Positions 1 through 16,735 of a stretch of DNA of 64,000 bases are shown here, piece after piece. Made by a program: the position numbers and the translations under genes. Numbering within the stretch: position 1 is the first letter of the stretch; every line of letters begins with the position of its first letter. This DNA comes from Candidatus Eiseniibacteriota bacterium (GTDB lineage: Bacteria; Eisenbacteria; RBG-16-71-46), in NCBI GenBank assembly GCA_963707915.1, contig OY970178.1, positions 1,728,001-1,792,000 of the forward strand, in the 5' to 3' direction. The notes beneath the pieces are model-generated. The model made no database searches and had not been told where the DNA came from. It worked only from the letters and a program-made list of their open reading frames with translations.

Positions 1-103
1 CAAGTCCTGCCGGAGGGTGGCGGCATCCCCGGCCGGTGCCGCGCCGATGGCGCCTCCCAAGTGACGGCCACCGCGCGGCTCGACGCCCTGTCACGTCTCT
101 TGC
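1..103 (+). promoter_or_regulatory. Putative sigma54-type promoter with tandem upstream activator-like sites (truncated by window start)
   Basis: TGTCACG-TCTC-TTGC at 89-103 resembles the -24/-12 consensus TGGCACG-N4-TTGC but has GT in place of GG. CAAGTCCTGCCG (1-12) and CGGCATCCCCGGCCG (21-35) are conserved in front of the paralog (5405-5515), while the bases between them diverge. Confidence 0.45.
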
Positions 104-131
104 TTGAGTCGGCTGCGGGAGGAACCCTGAC

Positions 132-2870
132 ATGAAGACTACGAGCCTGATCGTCGCGGGGACGCCGTTCTCTGGGGCCGCGCTGCTGGGGCACGTGCTG
201 GGAGCGCATTCGCAGGCGTTCTTCGCCGGCGAGCTGTGGCGGCAGTGGGACGCCGCCGCGGGGCCGGGGGCGCGCGAGTGCCGCAGCTGCGCCGGGGAGT
301 GCGCGACCTGGAACGCACCGGCGGTCACGGCGGCGGTGGCGGAGGGCCCGGCGGCGGTGGTGGCCGCGCTGGCGGCGACCACCGGGCGGCGGCTGGTGAT
401 CGAGGGTCCGGCCTCGGCGAGCTGGCTGACGGCCCGGCTGGCCTACGGGGCGGCGAGCGGCGAGGACACGCGGGTGGTGGTGTGCGTGTGCGACCCGCTG
501 CTCTACGTGCGCAAGCGCGCGGGGGTGACCGAGGAGTACGCGCGGCGGCGGGTGGCGGAGTGGCGCGAGCAGCAGGAGGCGCTGGTGAACGCCGGGCTGG
601 CGTCGGGCCGTCCGCTGCTGGTGGTGCGCTACGAGGACCTGGTGGCGCAGCCGGAGGCGACGCTGGCACGGGTCTGCGCGTTCAGCGGGCTGGAGCTCGA
701 AGCGGCACTCACCGAGTGGTGGGAGGCGCCGACCCACGCGATCGGGGCGAAGACGGAAGCCTGGGGGGTGGCCGAGCCGCTGCGCGCGAACCGGGGCGCG
801 GCGCCGCCGGGCAACCCGAAGGAGAGCCGGGTGGAGACCATGCCGGCGCAGGACCGCGACCCGGGCGGCTCGCTGGGCCCGGAGATCGCGCGGGCGGTGA
901 TCGTCGAGCTGCGGCCGAGCGGGCTGTACCAGCGGTTCGGCTACGCGCCGACGCTGCCACCCTGGCGCGCGCCGCGCGACGAGGGCGAGCGCGAGAAGAC
1001 GGCGGCCTGGGTGCGGGAGGACCTCCAGGGGGTGCGCGCGGCGGTGCTGGCCGGGCGCGCGGTGGAGGCGATCGACACGCTGCGGTTGCTGGTGGACCAC
1101 TTCGGCCCGGGGTTCGACGAGCTCGGGCTGGAGCTGCGCTACGCGAACCTGGCGAGCGTGCTGGTGGACCTGCTCAACCACCAGCAGCGCGGGGCGGAGG
1201 CGCTGCCCTACGCGCGGGCGCTGGCGGAGCACGTGCCGCAGGACGTCGAGGCGCAGCGGCTGCTGGCGGTGGCGGGGACCGGCGCCGGCGACGTGCCGGC
1301 GGCGCTGCAGGCGTACGGGCGGCTGGTGCGGATGAACGGCGCGGCCGGGGCGGTGGCGGAGACGCTGGCGCAGGACATCGCCGCCCTGCTGGTGAGCGCG
1401 GGGCGCGGCACGGCGGGCGTGCCGGCGTTCCTCGGCGCGCTGGCGGAGCACGCGGAGCTGGCGGCGGCGGTCGACACCACGCTGGCGGCGCGCCTGCAGG
1501 GCGGCGACCGCGCCGAGGGCGTCTACGCCGCCCTCGACGCCGTGCGCGAGGCCCGCGGACTGCCGCTTCCCCCCCACGCGCCCCCGGACTACCTCCTCAT
1601 CGCCCTGACGAACCGCTGCAACTACGGCTGCTTCTTCTGCTGCGCCGAGAACGCGCGGGCGGACCTGTCCCGGACGCACCTGCCCATCGAGCGGCTCCAC
1701 GCCCTGCGCCCCGCCATCGAGAGCGCCGGGGTCGTGGACCTGTCCAGCCCGGGCGAGGTGTTCCTCTACCCCCACGCCCGCGAGGCGATGGCGTTCGTCG
1801 CCGAGCACAACCGGAACCGCGGGTTCCAGATCACGACCAACGGCGCCCTGCTGACCGAGGACATGATCGGCCCGGTCGCCTCGCGGATCGATCAGATCAC
1901 GGTCTCGCTGAACGCGTCGACCCCCGGGACCTACGCGCGCGACATGCGTTCGAGGCACTGGGAGCGGGTCCTTTCGAACATCCGCGCCGCCCGGCGACTG
2001 GTGGCGCGTGAACGCATCACCCTCAGCTGCGTGACGCACGCCGGCAACGTCCACGAGCTTCCCGGCCTGGTGCGCCTGGCCGCGGAGCTCGACGTCTGGC
2101 ACGTCCGGATCGTTCCGATCCGCGTGACCAAGCCGGAGCTGATCCGCAGCAGCCTGTGGTTCTGCAAGGAGAAGTCACAGGACCTCATCGCGGAAGCCCA
2201 GCGGATCGGCAGGGAGCGCGGCGTCACCGTCAACAACCTCTACGAGGCCGTCCGGAACATGTCGTCCTCCACGGGAAGGCGATGCGTCATCCCGACCTGG
2301 GGCGCCTACATCTCGATGGACGGCAACGTGGCCGCCTGCTGCCACAGCAGCCAGGTCATGGGCAACGTCCACGAGGCCGGCGGATTCGAGGCGGTCTGGA
2401 ACGGCGACCGGTACCGGGAACTGAGGAAGCACCTCTACTTCCCCGAATGCCCCGAATGCCCCAACGTCCGCGGGAAGGACATGGAGCGGCTGGACAGCCA
2501 CCTCGATTGCCAGTTCGGCGACCGCGCGCCGCTGCCGCTGATCTCCGTGGCCGTGAAGACCCCGGCCAGCGCCAGGCAGTTGCGCTCCGCGGTCTCGTGC
2601 CTCAAGCACCAGACCTACCCGGTGTGGGAGGCCATCCTGGAGGTGGACGAGGACGGTGACCCGGCGATCCTCCAGGCGGCACGGGAGGAGGCGGAGGCCG
2701 ATCCCAGGATCCGGTGCGGTGTCGCGGGCGGCGGGACCGCTCGCCAACTCGTGGGCGCCCCGTCGGGCGCGATATCGACCTGCCGCATGGACCCGGCGCG
2801 CCAGTTCAAGCCCAACGAGCTGGAGGTGCACCTGCGAAGCTTCGACTGCTTCGCGGAGACCGCGGCCTGA
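132..2870 (+). CDS. Multidomain protein: degenerate sulfotransferase-like and TPR-like N-terminal module, radical SAM/SPASM domain, degenerate GT2-like C-terminal fragment
   Basis: GGAGG RBS. N-terminal GTPFSGAALLGHVLGAH and VVRYEDLVAQPEATLARVCAF are sulfotransferase-fold motifs. CNYGCFFC is the CxxxCxxC motif, followed by ITTNG and SLNA. SPASM-like C..ISMDGNVAACC..GNV..CPECP. C-terminal PLISVAV..QTYPVWEAILEVD resembles the start of a GT2 domain. Confidence 0.8.
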   Translation: MKTTSLIVAGTPFSGAALLGHVLGAHSQAFFAGELWRQWDAAAGPGARECRSCAGECATWNAPAVTAAVAEGPAAVVAALAATTGRRLVIEGPASASWLTARLAYGAASGEDTRVVVCVCDPLLYVRKRAGVTEEYARRRVAEWREQQEALVNAGLASGRPLLVVRYEDLVAQPEATLARVCAFSGLELEAALTEWWEAPTHAIGAKTEAWGVAEPLRANRGAAPPGNPKESRVETMPAQDRDPGGSLGPEIARAVIVELRPSGLYQRFGYAPTLPPWRAPRDEGEREKTAAWVREDLQGVRAAVLAGRAVEAIDTLRLLVDHFGPGFDELGLELRYANLASVLVDLLNHQQRGAEALPYARALAEHVPQDVEAQRLLAVAGTGAGDVPAALQAYGRLVRMNGAAGAVAETLAQDIAALLVSAGRGTAGVPAFLGALAEHAELAAAVDTTLAARLQGGDRAEGVYAALDAVREARGLPLPPHAPPDYLLIALTNRCNYGCFFCCAENARADLSRTHLPIERLHALRPAIESAGVVDLSSPGEVFLYPHAREAMAFVAEHNRNRGFQITTNGALLTEDMIGPVASRIDQITVSLNASTPGTYARDMRSRHWERVLSNIRAARRLVARERITLSCVTHAGNVHELPGLVRLAAELDVWHVRIVPIRVTKPELIRSSLWFCKEKSQDLIAEAQRIGRERGVTVNNLYEAVRNMSSSTGRRCVIPTWGAYISMDGNVAACCHSSQVMGNVHEAGGFEAVWNGDRYRELRKHLYFPECPECPNVRGKDMERLDSHLDCQFGDRAPLPLISVAVKTPASARQLRSAVSCLKHQTYPVWEAILEVDEDGDPAILQAAREEAEADPRIRCGVAGGGTARQLVGAPSGAISTCRMDPARQFKPNELEVHLRSFDCFAETAA
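141..1596 (+). repeat. Left arm of ~1.45 kb near-identical inverted repeat (partner 3903-5358)
   Basis: The two proteins are identical from residue 4 to about 478 except V76A. By eye the DNA differs at only a handful of mostly synonymous positions. Confidence 0.95.
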
Positions 2871-2969
2871 CGCAGGGGCCGCGCCCCGGGGAACACCCCG
2901 CGTCGTCAGCCGGCCGAAGGCGGTGATCCGGTTCGCGCAGACTGCGGCCCGACGCAGGGGCCGCGCCCC
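2850..2969 (+). repeat. 38-bp imperfect direct repeat (2850-2887 and 2932-2969)
   Basis: TTCGCGGAGACCGCGGCCTGACGCAGGGGCCGCGCCCC versus TTCGCGCAGACTGCGGCCCGACGCAGGGGCCGCGCCCC (3 mismatches). The first copy spans the stop codon of the radical SAM gene. Confidence 0.8.
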
Positions 2970-3015
2970 ATGGGCGGGCCAGGGGCGTCGTCTCCTGATC
3001 CTCGAAAGCCGGTGA

Positions 3016-5367
3016 CTACGCCCTGGCGGAGAAGACGAAGAGGGGCATCCCGCCGTGACCTTGCCAGGGGCCCCAGTAGAGGTGCGCCGCGGCCTGCGAG
3101 AAACCCGCGGCCCTCAGCTCGTCGAGGACGTCCCAGCCCAGGTGGTGGAAGCACAGGCAGCCGTCGCCCACGGGATTGCCGTGGTACTCGGGCGCCCGCA
3201 CGTGCTCGAGCGTCCCATCCGGCCGCACGCGGGCGATGGTCTCGGTCGCGGGCTGCCAGGAGAAGAACGGGATCGAGAACGCCATGCAGCCGCCCGGCGC
3301 CAGGACGCGCCGGCTCTCGCGGAAGGCCTTGCGGAAGTCCGGAATGTGCTCGAAGACGTCCTGCGTGATCACGACGTCGAGGCTCTCCGAGGCGAACGAC
3401 AGGTCGGTGTGGTCCTCGTGCCGGATCCGCAGGTTGTTGCGCAGGCACTCCTGGCCCGGGGCCAGGCCCCGACCCAGGTACTCGCTGCCGACCAGGTTCG
3501 GGAAGCGCGACCGGTAGATCCGGTAACCGTGCGTGACCTGCTCGGCCAGGTAGATGCGCGCGGTGGGCGGAACCTGCAGCTCCTCGGTGAGGAGGGCGTA
3601 GAGGGCCCGCATCCGGCTGTTGAACCCGCAGGACGGGCAGATGAAGGTCTCCGTCCACGAGGGGTTGAAGGACCCCGCCTCGGTGACCTCGCCGTACTTC
3701 CAGCTCACGTTCATCATCTGCGGGGCGCCGCACACCGCGCACCAGGCCTTCACGGCGTGTGCGTGACGTGAGCGCATCAGCTGGTCGTCGAGGGTGTCCC
3801 CCACGGCCATCAGCGCGTCGGCGTCATGGGAACGCGCCTGCCAGGCCGCGTGGCTCTCGAACCGCCCCAGCCAGATGGAAGGGAAGAGACTCGTGCGCGC
3901 TCGCAGGTAGTCGGGAGGCGAGTGAGGGCAGAACGGCAGTCCCCGGGCCTCGCGCACGGCGTCGAGGGCGGCGTAGACGCCCTCGGCGCGGTCGCCGCCC
4001 TGCAGGCGCGCCGCCAGCGTGGTGTCGACCGCCGCCGCCAGCTCGGCGTGCTCCGCCAGCGCGCCGAGGAACGCCGGCACGCCCGCCGTGCCGCGCCCCG
4101 CGCTCACCAGCAGGGCGGCGATGTCCTGCGCCAGCGTCTCCGCCACCGCCCCGGCCGCGCCGTTCATCCGCACCAGTCGCCCGTACGCCTGCAGCGCCGC
4201 CGGCACATCGCCGGCGCCCGTCCCCGCCACCGCCAGCAACCGCTGCGCCTCGACGTCCTGCGGCACGTGCTCCGCCAGCGCCCGCGCGTAGGGCAGCGCC
4301 TCCGCCCCGCGCTGCTGGTGGTTGAGCAGGTCCACCAGCACGCTCGCCAGGTTCGCGTAGCGCAGCTCCAGCCCGAGCTCGTCGAACCCCGGGCCGAAGT
4401 GGTCCACCAGCAACCGCAGCGTGTCGATCGCCTCCACCGCGCGCCCGGCCAGCACCGCCGCGCGCACCCCCTGGAGGTCCTCCCGCACCCAGGCCGCCGT
4501 CTTCTCGCGCTCGCCCTCGTCGCGCGGCGCGCGCCAGGGTGGCAGCGTCGGCGCGTAGCCGAACCGCTGGTACAGCCCGCTCGGCCGCAGCTCGACGATC
4601 ACCGCCCGCGCGATCTCCGGGCCCAGCGAGCCGCCCGGGTCGCGGTCCTGCGCCGGCATGGTCTCCACCCGGCTCTCCTTCGGGTTGCCCGGCGGCGCCG
4701 CGCCCCGGTTCGCGCGCAGCGGCTCGGCCACCCCCCAGGCTTCCGTCTTCGCCCCGATCGCGTGGGTCGGCGCCTCCCACCACTCGGTGAGTGCCGCTTC
4801 GAGCTCCAGCCCGCTGAACGCGCAGACCCGTGCCAGCGTCGCCTCCGGCTGCGCCACCAGGTCCTCGTAGCGCACCACCAGCAGCGGACGGCCCGACGCC
4901 AGCCCGGCGTTCACCAGCGCCTCCTGCTGCTCGCGCCACTCCGCCACCCGCCGCCGCGCGTACTCCTCGGTCACCCCCGCGCGCTTGCGCACGTAGAGCA
5001 GCGGGTCGCACACGCACACCACCACCCGCGTGTCCTCGCCGCTCGCCGCCCCGTAGGCCAGCCGGGCCGTCAGCCAGCTCGCCGAGGCCGGACCCTCGAT
5101 CACCAGCCGCCGCCCGGTGGTCGCCGCCAGCGCGGCCGCCACCGCCGCCGGGCCCTCCGCCACCGCCGCCGTGACCGCCGGTGCGTTCCAGGTCGCGCAC
5201 TCCCCGGCGCAGCTGCGGCACTCGCGCGCCCCCGGCCCCGCGGCGGCGTCCCACTGCCGCCACAGCTCGCCGGCGAAGAACGCCTGCGAATGCGCGCCCA
5301 GCACGTGCCCCAGCAGCGCGGCCCCCGAGAACGGCGTCCCCGCGACGATCAGGCTCGTGTCTTCCAT
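3016..5367 (-). CDS. Multidomain protein: same sulfotransferase-like/TPR-like N-terminal module plus a zinc-ribbon class I SAM-dependent methyltransferase
   Basis: GGAGGGG RBS. N-terminal ~480 aa match 132..2870. C-terminal CAVCG...CPSCG, HEDHTDLSFASESLDVVITQDVFEHIP and RVLAPGG are typical of Methyltransf_11-like proteins. Confidence 0.82.
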   Translation of the reverse strand: MEDTSLIVAGTPFSGAALLGHVLGAHSQAFFAGELWRQWDAAAGPGARECRSCAGECATWNAPAVTAAVAEGPAAVAAALAATTGRRLVIEGPASASWLTARLAYGAASGEDTRVVVCVCDPLLYVRKRAGVTEEYARRRVAEWREQQEALVNAGLASGRPLLVVRYEDLVAQPEATLARVCAFSGLELEAALTEWWEAPTHAIGAKTEAWGVAEPLRANRGAAPPGNPKESRVETMPAQDRDPGGSLGPEIARAVIVELRPSGLYQRFGYAPTLPPWRAPRDEGEREKTAAWVREDLQGVRAAVLAGRAVEAIDTLRLLVDHFGPGFDELGLELRYANLASVLVDLLNHQQRGAEALPYARALAEHVPQDVEAQRLLAVAGTGAGDVPAALQAYGRLVRMNGAAGAVAETLAQDIAALLVSAGRGTAGVPAFLGALAEHAELAAAVDTTLAARLQGGDRAEGVYAALDAVREARGLPFCPHSPPDYLRARTSLFPSIWLGRFESHAAWQARSHDADALMAVGDTLDDQLMRSRHAHAVKAWCAVCGAPQMMNVSWKYGEVTEAGSFNPSWTETFICPSCGFNSRMRALYALLTEELQVPPTARIYLAEQVTHGYRIYRSRFPNLVGSEYLGRGLAPGQECLRNNLRIRHEDHTDLSFASESLDVVITQDVFEHIPDFRKAFRESRRVLAPGGCMAFSIPFFSWQPATETIARVRPDGTLEHVRAPEYHGNPVGDGCLCFHHLGWDVLDELRAAGFSQAAAHLYWGPWQGHGGMPLFVFSARA
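3903..5358 (-). repeat. Right arm of ~1.45 kb near-identical inverted repeat (partner 141-1596)
   Basis: Reverse complement matches 141-1596. The ORF track also shows the same shadow ORFs mirrored on both arms. Confidence 0.95.
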
Positions 5368-5404
5368 GGCGGATCCCCCTCCGGCTTCCGGTCACTTCGT
5401 GTAC

Positions 5405-5515
5405 GCAAGAGGCGTGACAGGAACCGAACCGGCGCGGGGGCCGTCACTTGGGAGGCTTCATGGACGCACCACCGGCCGGGGATGCCGCTTCGCCCCGGCA
5501 GGACTTGCCGGGGCG
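5405..5515 (-). promoter_or_regulatory. Putative sigma54-type promoter with tandem CGGCA-N5-(T/G)GCCG palindromic sites
   Basis: Minus strand reads CGGCAAGTCCTGCCG...CGGCATCCCCGGCCG...GCCTCCCAAGTGACGGC...TGTCACG-CCTC-TTGC. The same blocks occur at 1-103. Confidence 0.45.
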
Positions 5516-5606
5516 GTCGTGGAGGCGTGACGGGGAGGCCGGGCTCATGGGGATCATCACGGGCTCCCGGCCTGCCGCGGGCCGGTGCTCGTCCCGCCCT
5601 CGGCGA

Positions 5607-10880
<5,274 letters not shown>

Positions 10881-10934
10881 CCGACGAGCCCTCGGGGTCG
10901 ATCGGCCCGGTTCGAGAAACCGGTCATGACGACC

Positions 10935-13497
10935 TCACCGCGCCCAGAGGATCAAGCCGGTCGATTGCGGATGGGCGAGATCCTCGTGGCGGGGGATCAC
11001 GCGGACCGTGAGCCCGTGCGTGCCGCTCGTGCGGCACGGCATGCAGATCCTGAACGGCGTCCCGTCGCTCCCGGCCTCGCCCTCGGGCACCATCGGGACG
11101 GTGGTGGCCCCCACGATCTGCCGTCCCTCGTCCACCCTCCCGATGTAGACCTGCACCGCGAGATCGGCGGGATCCAGCCGCCCGGTCCGGACCCAGGCGC
11201 GGATCTCGAGCTCGGCGCCCACGCGGGTCGCGGGCGGCAGGTCGGTCTCGACCCGCACGATCTGGACGCCGTTCCAGGCCTGCCGGACACGCTCGCGCCA
11301 GCGCGCCAGGTCCCGCGCCCGGCGGTAGCCGCCGGCCTCCAGCCGCGCGCTGCGCTCCTGGGCCGAGCGGTAGGCCGTGATGGTGTAGTCATGCACCATG
11401 CGGTTCGTGTTGAAGACCGGGCACAGTTCGCCCATGGCGCTCTTCATGAGCGAGATCCAGCCCCGCGGCAGGCTGTCCGCGGTGCGGTCGTAGAAGAGCG
11501 GCACCACGTCCCGCTCCAGCAGTTCGTAGAGGGCCCCGGCCTCGAGGCGGTCCTGGTACTCGAGGTCCTGGTAGTCCTCGCCCCGGCCGATGCACCAGCC
11601 GGTGCGCGGGGAGCCCGCCTCGTCCCACCAGCCGTCCATGATGCTGAGGTTCAGCGCCCCGTTGAACGCCGCCTTCATGCCGCTCGTCCCGCAGGCCTCG
11701 AGCGGGCGCCGCGGCGTGTTGAGCCACACGTCCACGCCCTGGACCAGGTAGCGGCCCACCACCGTGTCGTAGTCCTCGAGGAAGACCACGCGCCGGCGGA
11801 ACTCCGGGCGGCGGGCGAGCTGGACGACCTTGCGGATGAAGGCCTTGCCCTCGTCGTCGCGCGGGTGCGCCTTGCCCGCGTAGATGATCTGCACCGGCCG
11901 CCCCGCGGCGTTGAGGATGCGCGCGAGCCGGTCGGGGTCGCGTCCACAACAGGGTGGCGCGCTTGTAGGTGGCGAAGCGGCGGGCGAAGCCGATCGTCAG
12001 GGCCTCCGGGTCGAGCACCTCCTCGACCTGCGCGACCTCGGCGCGACCGGCGCCGCGCTGCCGCAGCTGGTCGGCCAGGCGGCGGCGCGCGAAGCCCACG
12101 AGCCGCTCCCGCCGGCGCTCGTGCGTGCGCCACAGCTCCTCGCCGGGGATCTGCTGCCCGCGCGACCACACGCTCGAGTCGCCCGGCTCCTCGGCCCAGC
12201 GCGGCCCCAGGTAGCGGTCGTACAGCTCGCGCATCTCGCTCGAGATCCAGGACTGCGGGTGCACGCCGTTGGTGACGTGGGTGATCGGGATCTCGTCCAG
12301 CGGCACCCCGGCCCACAGGTCCTGCCACATCGTGCGCGAGACCTCGCCGTGCAGCCGGCTGACCCCGTTCGCGGAACTGGAGGTGCGGATCGCCAGCACC
12401 GCCTGGTTGAAGGGCTCGGTGGTCACGCCCGGGTGGAAGCGACCGAGGTCGAGGAACGCCTCGCGCGACAGGCCCAGTTCGGTGCGGTACGCGGCGAAGT
12501 AGCGCTCCATCTGCTCGGGCGTGAAGACGTCGATCCCCGCCGGCACGGGCGTGTGCGTGGTGAACACGCCGCTCGCGGCGACCATCTCGAGGGCCTCCGC
12601 GAACGAGAGCCCCTGCTCGGGCATCAGCGAACGGATCCGCTCCAGTCCCAGGAAGGCGCAGTGTCCCTCGTTCATGTGGAAGACGCGGGGCCGCAGCCCG
12701 ACGGCATCGAGGACGCGCACGCCGCCGATCCCCAGCACGATCTCCTGGAGGATGCGCCGGTCGTCGCCGCCCCGGTAGAGCTCGTCGGTGATGTCCCGGT
12801 ACTGGGCCGGGTTCTCGGGGAGGTTCGTGTCCAGCAGCAGCAGCCGCACGCGGCCCACCTGCGCCCGCCACGGCCGGATCTGCACCGGCGTGCCCGCCAG
12901 TTCGACGGTGACGCGCACCGGCCGGCCGTGGTTGTCGTAGCAGGGCCTCACGGGCATGGTCGAGAAGTCGTTGACCGGGTAGCTCTCCTGCTGCCAGCCC
13001 TCGGCGTTCAGGTACTGGTGGAAGTATCCCTTCTGGTAGAGCAGGCCGACGCCCACCAGCGGCACGCCCAGGTCGCTGGCCGACTTCAGGTGGTCGCCCG
13101 CCAGCATGCCGAGACCGCCGGAGTAGATCGGCAGGCACTCGGTGATCCCGAACTCCATCGAGAAGTACGCCACGTCGGGCGTGGTCGCGGCCCCGAAGGT
13201 CTTGCGGTGCCAGACCCCGGTGCCGCCCACGTAGTCCCGCAGGTCGGCGGCGACGCGGTCGAGGTGCGCGAGGAAGGCCTCGTCCTGCGCCAGCTCCAGC
13301 AGACGCTCCTGCGAGATGCTGCCCAGCATCAGCACCGGGTTGTGGCGGGCGGTCTCCCAGAGGTCGCGGTCCAGCCGCCGGAACAGGCTGATGGTCTCGT
13401 GGTCCCACGACCAGCGAAGGTTGTAGGCGAGGTCCTCGAGGACACCCAGGCGTTCGGGGAGAAGCGGGCTGACGTGGAACGTCTTGACCGGGTGCAT
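10935..13497 (-). CDS. glgP: Alpha-glucan (glycogen/starch) phosphorylase with a +1 frameshift near 11943 (probable sequencing error)
   Basis: [34 protein letters not shown] and [11 protein letters not shown] in one frame; AGKAHP and [14 protein letters not shown] (PLP lysine) in another. Removing one base at about 11943 gives [23 protein letters not shown] before the ATG at 13497. Confidence 0.92.
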
Positions 13498-13649
13498 CGG
13501 AACTCCTCGCGTACTGGGCCTGCCGCCACGACCGCGACAACGGACGCCGAAGACCGCGCGCCACCGCGAGGCCACCCACCGCGGCCCGCTCCCGCGCACG
13601 TTCGGGACGCCGCACCGCGGCGCCAGCCGGGGCACGGAACCACCCTTGA

Positions 13650-13676
13650 TGATCGGCACCCCCGGCAGGGCCTTGA
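13650..13676 (-). promoter_or_regulatory. Sigma28 (FliA)-like promoter for glgP and the downstream hybrid kinase
   Basis: Minus strand TCAAG-N14-GCCGATCA. Confidence 0.6.
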
Positions 13677-13726
13677 GGAGACTCGCCCGTGGCCACGGGA
13701 GAGCCCCGGCTCAGCCCGGTTCGGGG

Positions 13727-13754
13727 TCAAGCGGCCGGCCCCCGGGGCCGATAA
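13727..13754 (+). promoter_or_regulatory. Sigma28 (FliA)-like promoter for the hybrid kinase at 13823
   Basis: TCAAG-N15-GCCGATAA, with a perfect sigma28 -10 box. Confidence 0.62.
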
Positions 13755-13822
13755 ACGATGGAAACCCCGTGGAGCGCGGCGGCCGCCGCACTCCGCGTCC
13801 GATCCGTTCCGGAAGGGAGTCC

Positions 13823-16567
<2,745 letters not shown>

Positions 16568-16689
16568 GCCGGCACCGCCGGCGCGGACGCGCGCTCCCCG
16601 CGCGCCGGGTCCCGCGCCCCGGCGCGTTGTGTGCCACCAACCGCCCCGCCACGCACCCGCCGCGCCCCGCAGGCGACCCCGCGTGGACC

Positions 16690-16704
16690 GGGCACGCCTG
16701 CTGC
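16690..16704 (+). promoter_or_regulatory. Possible sigma54 -24/-12 promoter of the amr operon
   Basis: GGGCACG-CCTG-CTGC about 30 nt upstream of the amrS ATG. It could be a chance match in GC-rich DNA. Confidence 0.3.
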
Positions 16705-16735
16705 GCTACGCTCGGGACCGAGCGAGGCGCGGCCC

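Noticed and set aside
2850..2969. Two 38-bp repeats with a 44-bp spacer as a mini CRISPR array
   Set aside because: There are only two imperfect copies, one overlaps a coding end, and no cas genes are present.
141..5358. Long inverted repeat as a composite transposon or recombinase-driven shufflon
   Set aside because: The arms are coding sequence for a sulfotransferase/TPR-like module. No transposase, recombinase, terminal repeats or target duplication are visible.
10935..13497. glgP, trpG and moeB as true pseudogenes or programmed frameshifts
   Set aside because: Each has a single indel with all catalytic motifs intact and no slippery heptamer at the shift site. Sequencing error is more parsimonious.
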